Origin: Parasynechococcus marenigrum WH 8102
Lineage (GTDB): Bacteria; Cyanobacteriota; Cyanobacteriia; PCC-6307; Cyanobiaceae
Direction: 5' to 3'
Assembly: GCF_000195975.1 (NCBI RefSeq)
Contig: NC_005070.1
Location: 330,001 to 362,000 of the forward strand
DNA length: 32,000 nt
Below the pieces are notes generated by a model. The model saw only the letters and a program-made list of their open reading frames with translations. It did no database searches and was not told where the DNA came from. Of the stretch, positions 1 to 9,962 are shown in pieces. The number at the start of each line of letters is the position of its first letter. Within the stretch, counting starts at the first letter, position 1. Both the position numbers and the translations under genes were made by a program.

Positions 1-1
1 G

Positions 2-301
2 GTGCTTCCCGTCGTTCATCTGGCCCTGGGGTTGCTGCTTGCGGCGCTGACCCTGGCGTTCCTGCTGCGGATCGTGCTCACGTGGTATCCCCAGGTGGAC
101 CTGAAGCAAGGCGCCTGGTCCTTGATTGCCTGGCCCACCGAGCCGGTACTGTCACTCACCCGTCGGGTAGTAGCTCCGATCGGTGGGGTTGATGTCACCC
201 CGGTGATCTGGGTTGGGTTGTTGAGTCTGCTGAGGGAGCTTCTCGTGGGACAGCAGGGACTGCTCTCCCAGGTGCTGATGCGCTCTCAGGCGATCAGTTG
301 A
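2..301 (+). CDS. YggT/Ycf19-family small membrane protein
   Basis: The 99-aa ORF has two hydrophobic segments and the family-typical [10 protein letters not shown]...VDVTPVIW pattern. The start is a GTG at the window edge, so the true start could lie upstream. Confidence 0.7.
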   Translation: MLPVVHLALGLLLAALTLAFLLRIVLTWYPQVDLKQGAWSLIAWPTEPVLSLTRRVVAPIGGVDVTPVIWVGLLSLLRELLVGQQGLLSQVLMRSQAIS

Positions 302-1640
302 GCATGTCCTGCTCGACGAACTTGGTGTGAACGTCGCCGTTGATGAACTCCGGGCGATCCAGCAGGGCTAGATGAAATTCCACCGTGGTGGGAATCCCAG
401 TGACGGCGCATTCATTCAGGGCGCGTTTCATCCGCGATAACGCCACGTCGCGGTTGCGACCCCAGACGATCACCTTTCCGATCAGAGAGTCGTAGAACGG
501 CGGGATGTCGTAGCCGGTGTACACATGGCTATCGACACGGACACCAGGACCGCCCGGTGGAAGCCAGCCGGTGATGCGCCCAGGTGCTGGTCGGAAATTG
601 TGGGTGGCGTCTTCGGCGTTGATCCGGCATTCGATCGCATGGCCGGAGAGGTTGATCTCCCCCTGCTGAACGCTGATGGGCTCTCCACCGGCAATGCGCA
701 GTTGCTCGGCGATCAGGTCGATCCCGGTCACCATCTCCGTCACCGGATGCTCCACCTGGATGCGGGTGTTCATCTCCATGAAATAGAACCCACCGCTGCG
801 GTCGAGCAGGAACTCGACAGTGCCAGCGCCCTCGTAGTTAATGCTGCGGGCTGCGGCCACGGCCGCTTCACCCATGCGACGGCGTAGATCAGGATCCAGG
901 GCCGGGCTGGGGGCTTCCTCCAGCAGTTTCTGATGGCGTCGCTGAATCGAGCAGTCCCGTTCGCCGAGGTGAACGACATTGCCGTGGCGGTCCGCCAGCA
1001 CCTGCACTTCCACGTGCCGGGGGCGATCGATGAATTTCTCCATGTACAGCCCGGGATTACCGAAGGCGGCCTCCGCCTCTCCCTGGGCGGCCTTGAACAG
1101 ATTGTTCAGCTGGTCCGGGCTCTGCACCAGACGCATGCCACGGCCGCCGCCTCCGGCGGTGGCTTTGATCATCACGGGATACCCCATCTGCTCCGCCAGC
1201 ACGGCGGCATCCTGTGGTCCCGCCAGCAATCCCTCGCTGCCGGGAACGGTTGGAACGCCCACGGCCTGCATGGTGGCCTTGGCGGTGGATTTGTCCCCCA
1301 TGGAGCGGATCGCGTGGGGGGAGGGACCGATGAAGGTCAGGCCGTGGTCGCCGCACATCTCGGCGAATTTGTCGTTTTCAGCCAGGAAGCCGTAACCGGG
1401 ATGGATCGCGTCGACCCCGCGGGAGGTGGCGGCGGCCAGGATGTTGGGAACATTGAGATAGCTCTTGCTGCTCAGGGCGTCGCCGACGCAGACCGCTTCA
1501 TCGGCCAGCTGAACATGGAGCGCGTCTTTATCAACCGTGCTGTAAACGGCCACGGTGGCGATGCCGAGTTCGCGGCAGCTGCGCAAGATCCGGAGGGCAA
1601 TTTCGCCGCGGTTGGCGATCAGCACTTTGCCGATGGGCAT
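294..1640 (-). CDS. accC: Acetyl-CoA carboxylase biotin carboxylase subunit
   Basis: The 448-aa ORF begins [16 protein letters not shown]. It has the ATP-grasp glycine loop GGGGRGMR and the [15 protein letters not shown] motif. Length and order match textbook biotin carboxylase. Confidence 0.95.
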   Translation of the reverse strand: MPIGKVLIANRGEIALRILRSCRELGIATVAVYSTVDKDALHVQLADEAVCVGDALSSKSYLNVPNILAAATSRGVDAIHPGYGFLAENDKFAEMCGDHGLTFIGPSPHAIRSMGDKSTAKATMQAVGVPTVPGSEGLLAGPQDAAVLAEQMGYPVMIKATAGGGGRGMRLVQSPDQLNNLFKAAQGEAEAAFGNPGLYMEKFIDRPRHVEVQVLADRHGNVVHLGERDCSIQRRHQKLLEEAPSPALDPDLRRRMGEAAVAAARSINYEGAGTVEFLLDRSGGFYFMEMNTRIQVEHPVTEMVTGIDLIAEQLRIAGGEPISVQQGEINLSGHAIECRINAEDATHNFRPAPGRITGWLPPGGPGVRVDSHVYTGYDIPPFYDSLIGKVIVWGRNRDVALSRMKRALNECAVTGIPTTVEFHLALLDRPEFINGDVHTKFVEQDMLN

Positions 1641-1758
1641 CCCGCAGCAGTTCAGGCCTGATGGCGGATCGTATCAGTGACGACCGGAATGATCTGGGCC
1701 CTGACCCCCGGTCGGTATGATCACTCCTCGACAAAGCCCGAGCGGCTGAGTCGACCAC

Positions 1759-1840
1759 GCGGATGTGGTGGAATTGGTAGACACGCACGTTTGAGGGGCG
1801 TGTGGCTTCGGCCTTGCGAGTTCAAGTCTCGCCATCCGCA
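1759..1840 (+). tRNA. tRNA-Leu (anticodon GAG), class II with long variable arm
   Basis: Hand-folded cloverleaf: acceptor GCGGATG/CATCCGC, D-arm GTGGAATTGGTAGACAC, anticodon stem CACGT/GCGTG with loop TTGAGGG, a 13-nt variable arm, T-arm GCGAG-TTCAAGT-CTCGC, and discriminator A. CCA is not encoded. Confidence 0.9.
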
Positions 1841-1850
1841 CTCCATTTCC

Positions 1851-3122
1851 TTGGCCAGACCTGCGACCGACGACCCCGGGCCTGCCGTTGTCCTTGTCAC
1901 CAACGGACCCGGAGAACTGACCACCTGGGTTCGTCCGTTGGCGGAACGCCTTCACGCCACCCTCCCCCTGAGGCCGAGAACGTCGGGTACTGCCGCGAGC
2001 CTGCAGTTGGTGCTGGTGCCCTGTCCGAATGCCACCGGTCAGGAACGGGCGGCGGCCGAGCCCTGGGGCCTGTTCGAACGCATCACCCCTGCAGCGCGGT
2101 TCTGGGACCTGCTGCTGCGACCTGGGCGCTACGGCCCCTGGCCTCGGCGAGGGGTTGTGGTGTTCCTGGGAGGCGATCAGTTCTGGACGGTGCTGCTATC
2201 GGCTCGCCTGGGGTATCGACACATCACCTATGCGGAGTGGGTGGCGCGCTGGCCCGGTTGGAACGATCGGGTGGCCGCGATGTCGGAGGCGGTGCTTCAG
2301 CAGCTGCCCCGCCGCTTTCAGCCCCGCTGCCGGGTGGTGGGTGATCTGATGGCGGATCTATCCACGTTTGCTCGACAGGCCACCCCGTTGCCGGAGGGGG
2401 AATGGATCGGTTTGCTGCCGGGCTCCAAGCCGGCCAAGTTGAGCATCGGCATGCCGTTTCTGCTGGAGACGGCGGATCGCCTAGCGCAGCTGCGTCCAGG
2501 TTGCCGCTTTCTGTTGCCGGTGGCGCCGACCACCAGCGTGGGGGAGTTGCTGCGTTTTGCCGGAGAGGCCAATCCCATTGCCCGCGCTTACAGCGGTGCC
2601 GTGATGGATGTCAGCGATGGGGTGCTGCGGACCCAGGCCGGCACTCGCATCGACCTCATCGAGCAGCACCCTGCCCACGGACCCCTCAGTCAATGCCAAT
2701 TGGCCCTGACCACCGTTGGCGCCAACACGGCGGAACTGGGCGCACTGGGGGTGCCGATGATCGTGATCGTGCCAACCCAGCACCTGGAGGTGATGCAGGC
2801 CTGGGATGGAGGCCTGGGTCTGCTGGCCCGTCTGCCCGGTCTGCGGCGGATCATCGGTGTGTTGCTCTCCCTCTGGCGGCTGCGCAACAACGGATGGATG
2901 GCCTGGCCCAACATCAGTGCCGGTCGGGCGGTGGTGCCCGAACGGGTCGGGGCCATCACACCCCAGCAGATCGCCGCGGAAGCAGCGGAATGGCTGGCAG
3001 CACCGGAGCGATTGCAAGGCCAGCGCGCTGACCTTCAGGCTTTGCGAGGGCGACCCGGTGCTGTTTCTGCTCTGGCGGAGGAGGTGCGCCAGTTGCTGCC
3101 TCGCCAGTTGGACTCTGCCTAG
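1851..3122 (+). CDS. Lipid-A-disaccharide synthase-related (GT19/LpxB-like) glycosyltransferase
   Basis: The long ORF has N-terminal VVLVTNGPGELTTW and later TTVGANTAELGALGVPMIV, typical of LpxB-like proteins of cyanobacteria. The tracked ORF start (1677) runs through the tRNA, so the start was moved to the first in-frame TTG after the tRNA. The start remains uncertain. Confidence 0.55.
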   Translation: MARPATDDPGPAVVLVTNGPGELTTWVRPLAERLHATLPLRPRTSGTAASLQLVLVPCPNATGQERAAAEPWGLFERITPAARFWDLLLRPGRYGPWPRRGVVVFLGGDQFWTVLLSARLGYRHITYAEWVARWPGWNDRVAAMSEAVLQQLPRRFQPRCRVVGDLMADLSTFARQATPLPEGEWIGLLPGSKPAKLSIGMPFLLETADRLAQLRPGCRFLLPVAPTTSVGELLRFAGEANPIARAYSGAVMDVSDGVLRTQAGTRIDLIEQHPAHGPLSQCQLALTTVGANTAELGALGVPMIVIVPTQHLEVMQAWDGGLGLLARLPGLRRIIGVLLSLWRLRNNGWMAWPNISAGRAVVPERVGAITPQQIAAEAAEWLAAPERLQGQRADLQALRGRPGAVSALAEEVRQLLPRQLDSA

Positions 3123-3150
3123 GGTTTAACAGCTTTTCCTGAAGTGTCCG

Positions 3151-3546
3151 ATGTCCGAGCGAATCGAACGCTCCCCTGAGGAGTGGAGGCAGACGCTTTC
3201 TCCGGAGCAGTTTCAGGTGGCCCGCTGCGGTGGCACCGAACGGGCATTCACAGGGGCTTACTGGAACAAGAAAGACAGCGGCACCTACCACTGCATCTGC
3301 TGCGACGCACCGCTGTTCAGCTCGCAGACCAAGTTTGAGTCGGGCACCGGCTGGCCCAGCTTCTGGGATGGGGTTTCCTCGGAGGCCATCACCACCAAGC
3401 AGGACCTGAGCCACGGCATGGTGCGCGTGGAGATCAACTGCGCCCGCTGCGATGCCCACCTCGGGCATGTCTTTCCTGATGGCCCCGCTCCCACCCGTCA
3501 GCGTTATTGCGTCAACAGTGCCTCGCTGGACTTCAAGGCCAGTTGA
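3151..3546 (+). CDS. msrB: Peptide-methionine (R)-S-oxide reductase
   Basis: The 131-aa ORF has [17 protein letters not shown] and two CxxC zinc pairs (HCICCD and CARCD). Confidence 0.92.
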   Translation: MSERIERSPEEWRQTLSPEQFQVARCGGTERAFTGAYWNKKDSGTYHCICCDAPLFSSQTKFESGTGWPSFWDGVSSEAITTKQDLSHGMVRVEINCARCDAHLGHVFPDGPAPTRQRYCVNSASLDFKAS

Positions 3547-3549
3547 TCC

Positions 3550-3855
3550 TCAGGGCTGCCAGTGCAGCTGCCCGGTGCCGCCGTTGCAGTAGTTGGTGGC
3601 CTTGTTGCGCTCACTGACGCGCACGTCCTGACGGATCTGGCCATCGCTGAGTCGATGGCCACTGAGGACCTGGCGGTAGCGTTGTTCTACGCAGCGTTCC
3701 AACCCGTCGGGCTTGGCAACGTTGTAAGCAATCAGGCTGAGCAGAATCAAAACCCCGCCGCGGTACAGCCAGGTCCAGGGCTGGCGCCCTGCTGGTATGG
3801 GGGCAGGGACCGCACGCAGACGCCGCTCAGGTCGTCGGACTGGCGGAGACGTCAC
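3550..3855 (-). CDS. Hypothetical small membrane protein
   Basis: The 101-aa ORF has one clear TM helix (GGVLILLSLIAYNV). It is convergent with msrB and no family was recognised. Confidence 0.4.
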   Translation of the reverse strand: MTSPPVRRPERRLRAVPAPIPAGRQPWTWLYRGGVLILLSLIAYNVAKPDGLERCVEQRYRQVLSGHRLSDGQIRQDVRVSERNKATNYCNGGTGQLHWQP

Positions 3856-3892
3856 GCAGGAGTTGGGTGATCACCCGCGAATTACACCGTCC

Positions 3893-4915
3893 TCACCAGG
3901 GGTCGTCCAGGTCGTCGTCAGAAGCTGTCGGCCGGCTGCGGCGCTGCGGTTGTTCGCGCTCCATCGGTTCCCTTCCCATGGGTTCTCTATTTAATGGTTC
4001 CACATCCATGGGCTCAACATCCATGGGCTCAACATCCATCGGCTCACGCTCTGGTGGCATGGCGCGGCGCGACACCGGCATCGAGCGGCGTGGCAGCGGA
4101 TACGGATCCTCAGGCTCCTGATCGAGATAACGGCGCTGAGGCATCTCGTCGCGGCGCTGCTCCTCTAGCTCCACATATTCCAGATCCTCCTCCGGTTCAA
4201 AGCGGGCGGTCTCTGAAGCGGTCAGCCGCCGTTGTTCCTCCTCCACCGGTTGGCCGGAGCTCAACTGGTTCTCCACCGGCACCAGATTGACGCGATAGCG
4301 CTCCCGCTCCTGCTCCTCCCAGCTCGGTCCACCGACCCCAAGCTTCTCCAGCACACCGCTGTTGAGCTGCTTGAGTTTGTCTTCAGCGCCCTCGTAAACA
4401 ATGATCCGATCCGGGCCGCTGCTGACGATCTCCTCCACCGGCATTTCCCAGGTGCTGAGAACGCCTTCCCCCAGCAGGGGCACCCCCAGGGCACCCATCA
4501 CCAGGGTGGTGAGTTCACCGGTTTCGATGTCGAATGCGAACCCGAGCACCCGGCCGAGCTGTCGGCCGGATTCGGTGATTACCTGGCAGTTGATCACCCG
4601 GCCATAGCGCTCAGGATTGAAGCCGTCGCTGAGGGAATCGGCAGAATCCACCAGGATCACGTCCCCCACCTGACGGATGCGGTCCAGCGGCATCCAGCGG
4701 GGCAGACCCGGCAGGAAGCGGGTCAAGGGGTTGTCACGCAGTCCGACGGCCACCACTTCGCGGCGGTCGATGTCGACGATCACCTCGCCGACGACCCCCA
4801 GTCGCCGGCCAGTGTCGCGGGTGATCACCTGGGTTCCCATCAGCTCCGAGCGCAACCAAAGGCGGTCGCTGGGCACCCCGGCCTGGGCGTCGTTCGCGGG
4901 AGGGGTCAGACTCAT
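3893..4915 (-). CDS. PRC-barrel domain protein with acidic repeat-containing C-terminus
   Basis: The 340-aa ORF has two PRC-barrel-like segments (GTQVITRDTGRRLGVVGEVIVD... and INCQVITESGRQLGRVLGFAFD...). Its C-terminus contains EPMDV x3 followed by degenerate copies. Confidence 0.75.
   Translation of the reverse strand: MSLTPPANDAQAGVPSDRLWLRSELMGTQVITRDTGRRLGVVGEVIVDIDRREVVAVGLRDNPLTRFLPGLPRWMPLDRIRQVGDVILVDSADSLSDGFNPERYGRVINCQVITESGRQLGRVLGFAFDIETGELTTLVMGALGVPLLGEGVLSTWEMPVEEIVSSGPDRIIVYEGAEDKLKQLNSGVLEKLGVGGPSWEEQERERYRVNLVPVENQLSSGQPVEEEQRRLTASETARFEPEEDLEYVELEEQRRDEMPQRRYLDQEPEDPYPLPRRSMPVSRRAMPPEREPMDVEPMDVEPMDVEPLNREPMGREPMEREQPQRRSRPTASDDDLDDPW
3961..4046. repeat. Tandem 15-bp in-frame repeat (about 6 units, 3 near-perfect) inside the PRC-barrel gene
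   Basis: acatccatgggctca occurs at 4002-4016 and 4017-4031, and acatccatcggctca at 4032-4046, preceded by degenerate units. On the minus strand they encode EPMDV/EPLNR/EPMGR/EPMER. Confidence 0.85.
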
Positions 4916-4951
4916 CGCGCCATTGTGACGTAAGGGTTCTGCTATGCCAGT

Positions 4952-7900
4952 TCAGGCGGCATCGGGAAGTCCGACCACCTGGGTGTGGGCGCCGCGGGCT
5001 TGGGTCACACCGATGGTCCGTTCCGCCGCCGCAATCATCGGTCGGCGGTGGCTCACCACCATGAACTGGGCCTGCTCGGCCTGCGTGGCAATCAGTGCGG
5101 CCAGGCGTTCCACGTTCACGCCATCAAGAAAGCTGTCCACCTCATCCAGGGCATAGAAGGGGGAGGGGCGGAAGCGCTGCAGCGCAAACAGGAAGCTGAG
5201 GGCGGTGAGGGATTTCTCCCCTCCAGACATTGCCGCCAGCCGCCGCACCGCTTTCCCCTTGGGATGGGCCACCAGGGTCAGGCCTCCCTCGAGGGGGTCG
5301 TCGGGATTCTCCAGTTGCAGTTGGCCGTCGCCATCGGAGAGGGAGGCAAAAATCTCCCTGAAATGACCATCCACGGCGGTGAAGGCCTCCATGAAGGCCT
5401 CCTGGCGCAGGGTGGCGACGGTTTCGATCCGCAGCAGCAGCTCTTCCCGTTCGCTGTTGAGCACCTCCAGTCGTTCGTTGAGTTCGGCCAGCCGTTGCTC
5501 GAGGGCCTCCAGTTCCTCCAGCGCCAGCATGTTCACCGGCTCCAGCGCCTCCATGCGTTGCTGAATCGTCTGCAGGTCGGCCTGCAGGGCTTCCAGCCCT
5601 GCAAGTCGTAGCTCCTCGGGAATCTCAGGTTGGGGATCCGGCAGGGCCTGCTCCATCTCCTGCAGCCTCACGGCGCCACTGCGTTGCTCCTCGATCAGTC
5701 CCTCGCGTTCCTCCTTCAGCCGCTCCAGGTTCCATTCGGCCTGCTGCAACGCCTGCCGTTGGCGGCCCACCTCCGCTTCAGCGGCATCCCTGGCGCGGCG
5801 CTGCTCGCCGAACCGTTCCTGTAGATCCGACTGTTGTTGCTGCAGGGAACTGCGCTGTTGTTGCAGCTGTAGCTGTTGCTCGCGCCAACTGGTGTGGGTT
5901 GCGGCCAGGGCCTGAACAGCCTCCTGCAGCCGGCGCTCCTCCTCCTCAAGGGTCTGGCGCTGGTCCCCCAGACGTTCGATCGCCAGCTGCCGTTCGCGTT
6001 GGGATTGCAGCAGCGCGTCCCGTTCCTTGCGGGCGCTGTCCAGGCGGCCATCAGCCGCCTCCAGATCCTGCTGCAGTTGCTGCCAGGCGCCGGCATCGTC
6101 ATGGCCGTCGCTGTTGCGTTCAGCGGCTTCCAGCTGGTGCAGTTCCTCCTGTAGTGGCGTCAGCTCCTGTCCGATCACCGCCAGCCGTTGCTGCTGATCG
6201 CTCTGCTCCTGTGACAGGCGGCTCAGGCGTTCAGCTCGCTGCCGGCTGCGTTCCAGCAGGGGGCCATGGTTGCGGCGGGCGGCATTGCGTTCGGCCACCA
6301 GGGCGGCCTGGCGTTGTTCCAGCTCCCGCAGTTGTGGTTTCTGCTGCTCCAGGGTCTGGGCCAGCTTTGATTCCTCCCGGCGGCAGGCGGCCAGGGTTTC
6401 CCCCAGTTCCAGCAGGCGCCTCCGCAATGGCTCTGCTTCGTCTTGATCGCTGCTGCGGCCAAAACTCAGTCCACCGCTGCGGGGGGACAGGCTGCCGCCG
6501 GTCATGGCGCCACTTTTCTCCAGCAGCTCACCATCGATGGTGACGGCGCGGCTGCGGCCGAGCTGCTGACGGGCACTGCTGAGATCGCTGAACACCAGCG
6601 TGTCACCGAAGACGTAGGCAAACACCTGGTCGTAGACGGGCTCAAACCGCACCAGGTCGACGGCGCGGCCCACCAAGCCATCGCTGTTCTCGCCTCCGCC
6701 GGCGCGGGGCCCCCGGGCGAAGGCAGCACCGCTGTTGCCACCGCCTGGGGCGCGGATCTTATTGAGGGGCAGGAAGGTGAGCCGGCCGGCGCGGCGGCTT
6801 TTGAGCAACGCGATGGCCTGGGCGGCGATGCGGTCGTCATCGACCACCACCTGACCGAGACGGGCGCCGGCGGCCACTTCAAGGGCGAGTCGGTGACAGT
6901 CCTCCACCTCCCCCAATTGCGCCACCGGGCCATGAATGCCGTTGAGACCGGCCTCCAGCAGCAGGCGCAGGGCGCCGGTGCCGCGGGTCTCCTGCAGTGC
7001 GTCGCGGCGGCTTTCCAACCGAGCGATCTCCCGTTCCAGCCGGGTCTGCTCCTGCTCCAGTCGCGATCGGGTGCGCTGTTGGATCGCCAGGGAGTCTGCG
7101 GTCTGCTGCAGCGCCTGTTTTCCGGACGAGAGGCTCTGGAGCAGGGCCTGCCAGTCCTGCTCCAGCTGCTCCAGTCGCTGCTGCACCGCCTGCTCGTCGT
7201 TGCCGTCCTGCTGTTGCTCCTGCTGCAGTTCCGTCAGCCGTTCCGCGTCCTGCCGCAGCCGCTCCTGCAGTTGCTGCTGTTCCTCCAGCAGCGGTGCCAG
7301 GGCGACCTGCAGCTCCTGGCGACGGCCGCTGCGTCGTTTCTGCTCCTCCAGCCAGGCACCGGAGCGGCCGGCGACATCACCAAGGCGCCGCCTGGAGACC
7401 TCCACCGCTGCTTCCGCCCCCCGACAGGTGGCCTCGGCAGCAGCCAGAGAATTTTGATGGGGATCCTGCTCAAGCTCGCGGGACTGGTGCAGCCAGTCCT
7501 GGCGGCGGTTGGCCAGGTCATGGCGCAACCCCTGCAGCCGCTGTCCTTCCTCCTGATGGCGGCCGGCCTGCCGTTCCAGCTCCCGAGCGCTGGTCTCCAG
7601 ACCCTTCAGCTCCGCCTGAACCGCCAACAGCTGATCTTCCCCCAGGGCTTTCACCTGCTCCTGCAGGGTTTGCAGTTCGGCGCTGGCCTTGCTGAGACTC
7701 TCCTTGCCGCTGGCGATTGCCGCAGCATCCCGTTGCTCCTGGGCTTCAAGGGCCTGCTGACGGCTGGCCAGATCCCTGAGTGCTTGGCCTGCCGCTTCGA
7801 AGGCCAGCACCATCTCCTGACGGCGGCCCAGCTGCAGCCGTTCCCGCAGTTGCTGGTACTGGCGAGCCTTGGCGCAGTCTTTTTCCAGGCGCTGGCGACT

Positions 7901-8563
7901 GGCCAGCAGTTCCTGTTCGATGATCCGGCAGCGGTCCTGCCGCTCCTGCACGTCGTCGAGCTTGCGGCGGGTCTGCTCGATGCGGCTGTCGAACAGGGCA
8001 ACACCGGCCAGTTCGTCGATGAGGCCGCGGCGGTCGCGGTTGCTCATCGAGACGATGCGGGTCACATCGCCCTGCATCACCACATTGCTGCCTTCGGGGT
8101 CGATGCGTAGCCGCCTCAACTGGGTCTGCAGTTGCTGCAGGTTGCAGGCCACCCCATCGGCGCTGTAGCTGGAGCTGTAGGACCCCCCAGGCATCACCCG
8201 CAGCTTGCGGCTCACGGTCCATTCGGTCTGCCCCGGTTTGATCCAGGGACCCTCCTCCGGCGCCTCGAGACCGTCTTCAGCAGCATCCGGCTGCCAGTCG
8301 CTGAGGTCGAAGCGGACGCACACCGTCGTCTCGGCGGCCTTGCCCGCCTTAAGCACGGCGCTGTTGATTAGATCCGGCAGGCGGTCTGCTCGCATCCCCC
8401 GGCTGGTGGCCAGGCCAAGGCAGAACAGGACGCCATCAAGAATGTTGCTCTTGCCCGAGCCATTCGGTCCCGTCACCACGGTGAACCCCTGCTCGAGGGG
8501 GATCGTCATCGCCCCACCGAACGACTTGAACTGCGTCAGCCCGACCTGATTGATGTGAACCAA
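4952..8563 (-). CDS. smc: Chromosome segregation protein SMC
   Basis: The 1203-aa ORF has N-terminal Walker A GPNGSGKSN and long Q/E/L/R coiled coils. It has a central hinge (LNGIHGPVAQLGEV...), the C-terminal signature LSGGEKSLTALSFLFA and Walker B FYALDEVDSFLD. Confidence 0.96.
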   Translation of the reverse strand: MVHINQVGLTQFKSFGGAMTIPLEQGFTVVTGPNGSGKSNILDGVLFCLGLATSRGMRADRLPDLINSAVLKAGKAAETTVCVRFDLSDWQPDAAEDGLEAPEEGPWIKPGQTEWTVSRKLRVMPGGSYSSSYSADGVACNLQQLQTQLRRLRIDPEGSNVVMQGDVTRIVSMSNRDRRGLIDELAGVALFDSRIEQTRRKLDDVQERQDRCRIIEQELLASRQRLEKDCAKARQYQQLRERLQLGRRQEMVLAFEAAGQALRDLASRQQALEAQEQRDAAAIASGKESLSKASAELQTLQEQVKALGEDQLLAVQAELKGLETSARELERQAGRHQEEGQRLQGLRHDLANRRQDWLHQSRELEQDPHQNSLAAAEATCRGAEAAVEVSRRRLGDVAGRSGAWLEEQKRRSGRRQELQVALAPLLEEQQQLQERLRQDAERLTELQQEQQQDGNDEQAVQQRLEQLEQDWQALLQSLSSGKQALQQTADSLAIQQRTRSRLEQEQTRLEREIARLESRRDALQETRGTGALRLLLEAGLNGIHGPVAQLGEVEDCHRLALEVAAGARLGQVVVDDDRIAAQAIALLKSRRAGRLTFLPLNKIRAPGGGNSGAAFARGPRAGGGENSDGLVGRAVDLVRFEPVYDQVFAYVFGDTLVFSDLSSARQQLGRSRAVTIDGELLEKSGAMTGGSLSPRSGGLSFGRSSDQDEAEPLRRRLLELGETLAACRREESKLAQTLEQQKPQLRELEQRQAALVAERNAARRNHGPLLERSRQRAERLSRLSQEQSDQQQRLAVIGQELTPLQEELHQLEAAERNSDGHDDAGAWQQLQQDLEAADGRLDSARKERDALLQSQRERQLAIERLGDQRQTLEEEERRLQEAVQALAATHTSWREQQLQLQQQRSSLQQQQSDLQERFGEQRRARDAAEAEVGRQRQALQQAEWNLERLKEEREGLIEEQRSGAVRLQEMEQALPDPQPEIPEELRLAGLEALQADLQTIQQRMEALEPVNMLALEELEALEQRLAELNERLEVLNSEREELLLRIETVATLRQEAFMEAFTAVDGHFREIFASLSDGDGQLQLENPDDPLEGGLTLVAHPKGKAVRRLAAMSGGEKSLTALSFLFALQRFRPSPFYALDEVDSFLDGVNVERLAALIATQAEQAQFMVVSHRRPMIAAAERTIGVTQARGAHTQVVGLPDAA

Positions 8564-8613
8564 CAGGAGCGGGGGCTGTCAGCGAGCTGAAAGTAGCGGA
8601 GCAGACGAAAAGC

Positions 8614-8973
8614 TCAAGTGCGCGTTAAGGAGCATTGCCCGGCCTGGATTCGCAGCAGACCCTGCAGGTCGCCATCGAGCAGGGTCAACACCAAAGGATC
8701 CGCGGGGTTGTCCGGGAGCGAACCGCTGAAGTGACCGGACATGACGCGCTCCGCCCAACCGCGCCCGCCTGAAACGGCGGCACTGCGGTGCTCCAGCCAC
8801 ACCAGCCGGTGGGGGGCGAGAGGCACAGCTGGCTGGCTGATGCCATTGAGGGCTGGAACCTTGGCCAGGCGCCAGGTGCGGCAGGCGTCGCCGTCCTCCA
8901 GCAGTAGATCAAAGTGGCAGCCGCTGGGGTCGTCCGGGGCGCCGGTGTGGCGCAGTAGGGCGTAACGGGCCAT
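8614..8973 (-). CDS. Hypothetical protein, LigD 3'-phosphoesterase (LigD_N)-like
   Basis: Start taken at MARYALLRH, which directly abuts the stop of the upstream gene. The pattern RH...HFDLLLE...W...P...H...WLEH...GGRGW resembles the HxDLRLE core of the LigD phosphoesterase fold. This call is from motif memory only. Confidence 0.45.
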   Translation of the reverse strand: MARYALLRHTGAPDDPSGCHFDLLLEDGDACRTWRLAKVPALNGISQPAVPLAPHRLVWLEHRSAAVSGGRGWAERVMSGHFSGSLPDNPADPLVLTLLDGDLQGLLRIQAGQCSLTRT

Positions 8974-8975
8974 GG

Positions 8976-9962
8976 TCAACGCTGGAGAGTCCGGCAGATG
9001 CGCCAGCTTTCCCATTCCACAAGCCAACGCTGATGCCAACGAAGTTCAGCTTGTTCAGTTGGGGGCTCGTCGGGGAACAGGGTTGCCCAGTTGGCCTCAC
9101 CCCACACCCGCTGGGCGAACGCGTCGTTGCCGCTGCGGTAGTGCGCCCGGATCTCGCGATAGAGAGCAGGCGTTAGTCCGTTGTAACGCTCCTTGGGCCA
9201 GTCATGGCGCTTGGCCGCGGCTTCAAGCTTGCGAAACGCATGCTTGCGTTCGCGCCGCCCGGTCAGGGGACGTTCCTGGAGAGCGCGCTGATGCAGCACC
9301 TCCAAAGCGGTCGTTATCGCTAGTCGTCCGGGCTGTTCGTTGACACGTTGAATATCTCGCCAGGATGTGGTGCTGGCGGTCCCGATGACGTGGAGAAGTT
9401 GTTGAAACGGATCTGCGGCCTTCGTGCCGCCATAGGGAAGAAGATGTGCGGTCAGACGAGGATCCTCAAGGATCCAGCCGAATAACCGCCAGGGATCGCA
9501 TTCGCCCCGAGCTTTGGTGTGATCCATCTTTCGCCGGGCGAAGGTCTCGAGGCTGCAGTCGAGACCAAACTTCTTGACGTGCTGGGTGTATTGGGAATTG
9601 AGATAGTTGGGTTGATCGCGGATGAAGGCGACCAAGGTCACGCTGCAGCCTTTGTTCAGGAATGCCTCGGTGAGCCAGGTGCCATGACAGTCTCCGGGCT
9701 GGTTCGGCTCGGGTGCCAGCAAATGGGACAGCACCTCGTTGGAAATCAGCAGCGTGCTGTTGTTGCGCTTTCGGGCCTGCCGCAGCTTCTGGCGCCAGGG
9801 CTTGAAATCCCGCTTTTTGGCGGCTGATTTCAGTTGGTTTTTGCTGTCGTCATCGAAACTGATGCCAAGGCGATCGAGAAGTTCAGCATTGGCTTCCAAC
9901 CGTTTTTGAATAGCGGTGGAGCCGGTTTTATGCATGCCGATGTGCAGAACCACCTGCGTCAT
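8976..9962 (-). CDS. Sulfotransferase-like P-loop protein (hypothetical)
   Basis: The 328-aa ORF has N-terminal VVLHIGMHKTGSTAIQ, resembling the PAPS 5'-phosphosulfate-binding loop of sulfotransferase-family proteins. Confidence 0.5.
   Translation of the reverse strand: MTQVVLHIGMHKTGSTAIQKRLEANAELLDRLGISFDDDSKNQLKSAAKKRDFKPWRQKLRQARKRNNSTLLISNEVLSHLLAPEPNQPGDCHGTWLTEAFLNKGCSVTLVAFIRDQPNYLNSQYTQHVKKFGLDCSLETFARRKMDHTKARGECDPWRLFGWILEDPRLTAHLLPYGGTKAADPFQQLLHVIGTASTTSWRDIQRVNEQPGRLAITTALEVLHQRALQERPLTGRRERKHAFRKLEAAAKRHDWPKERYNGLTPALYREIRAHYRSGNDAFAQRVWGEANWATLFPDEPPTEQAELRWHQRWLVEWESWRICRTLQR

Noticed and set aside
525-1661. Long plus-strand ORFs (525..887, 933..1661, 979..1395) and minus-strand alternatives inside accC.
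   Set aside because: They are antisense or off-frame to an unmistakable accC reading frame. Their Gly/Arg/Ala-rich products are typical of high-GC shadow ORFs.
1790-1798. Alternative reading of the tRNA anticodon loop as TGA (tRNA-Ser).
   Set aside because: Only the register with loop TTGAGGG gives a 5-bp anticodon stem (CACGT/GCGTG). The D-arm sequence and the G/A discriminator pattern fit Leu.
1677-1850. N-terminal extension of the LpxB-like ORF (tracked start 1677), plus ORFs 1674..1955 and 1721..1924.
   Set aside because: They run straight through the tRNA-Leu gene at 1759-1840, so the CDS must start after the tRNA.
3961-4046. Possible CRISPR array, considered also for 14337-14372 and 24430-24453.
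   Set aside because: The units are 12-15 bp and directly abutting, with no spacers. No cas genes are in the window. These are simple tandem repeats.
4985-8371. Many long ORFs on the plus strand and in off-frames across smc (for example 6443..8110 at 555 aa, and 5899..6543, 6997..7695, 7746..8222).
   Set aside because: The smc frame has Walker A, hinge, signature and Walker B in the correct order. The alternatives are low-complexity (Ala/Pro/Arg/Leu/Gln-rich) shadows of a GC-rich, repetitive coiled-coil gene.
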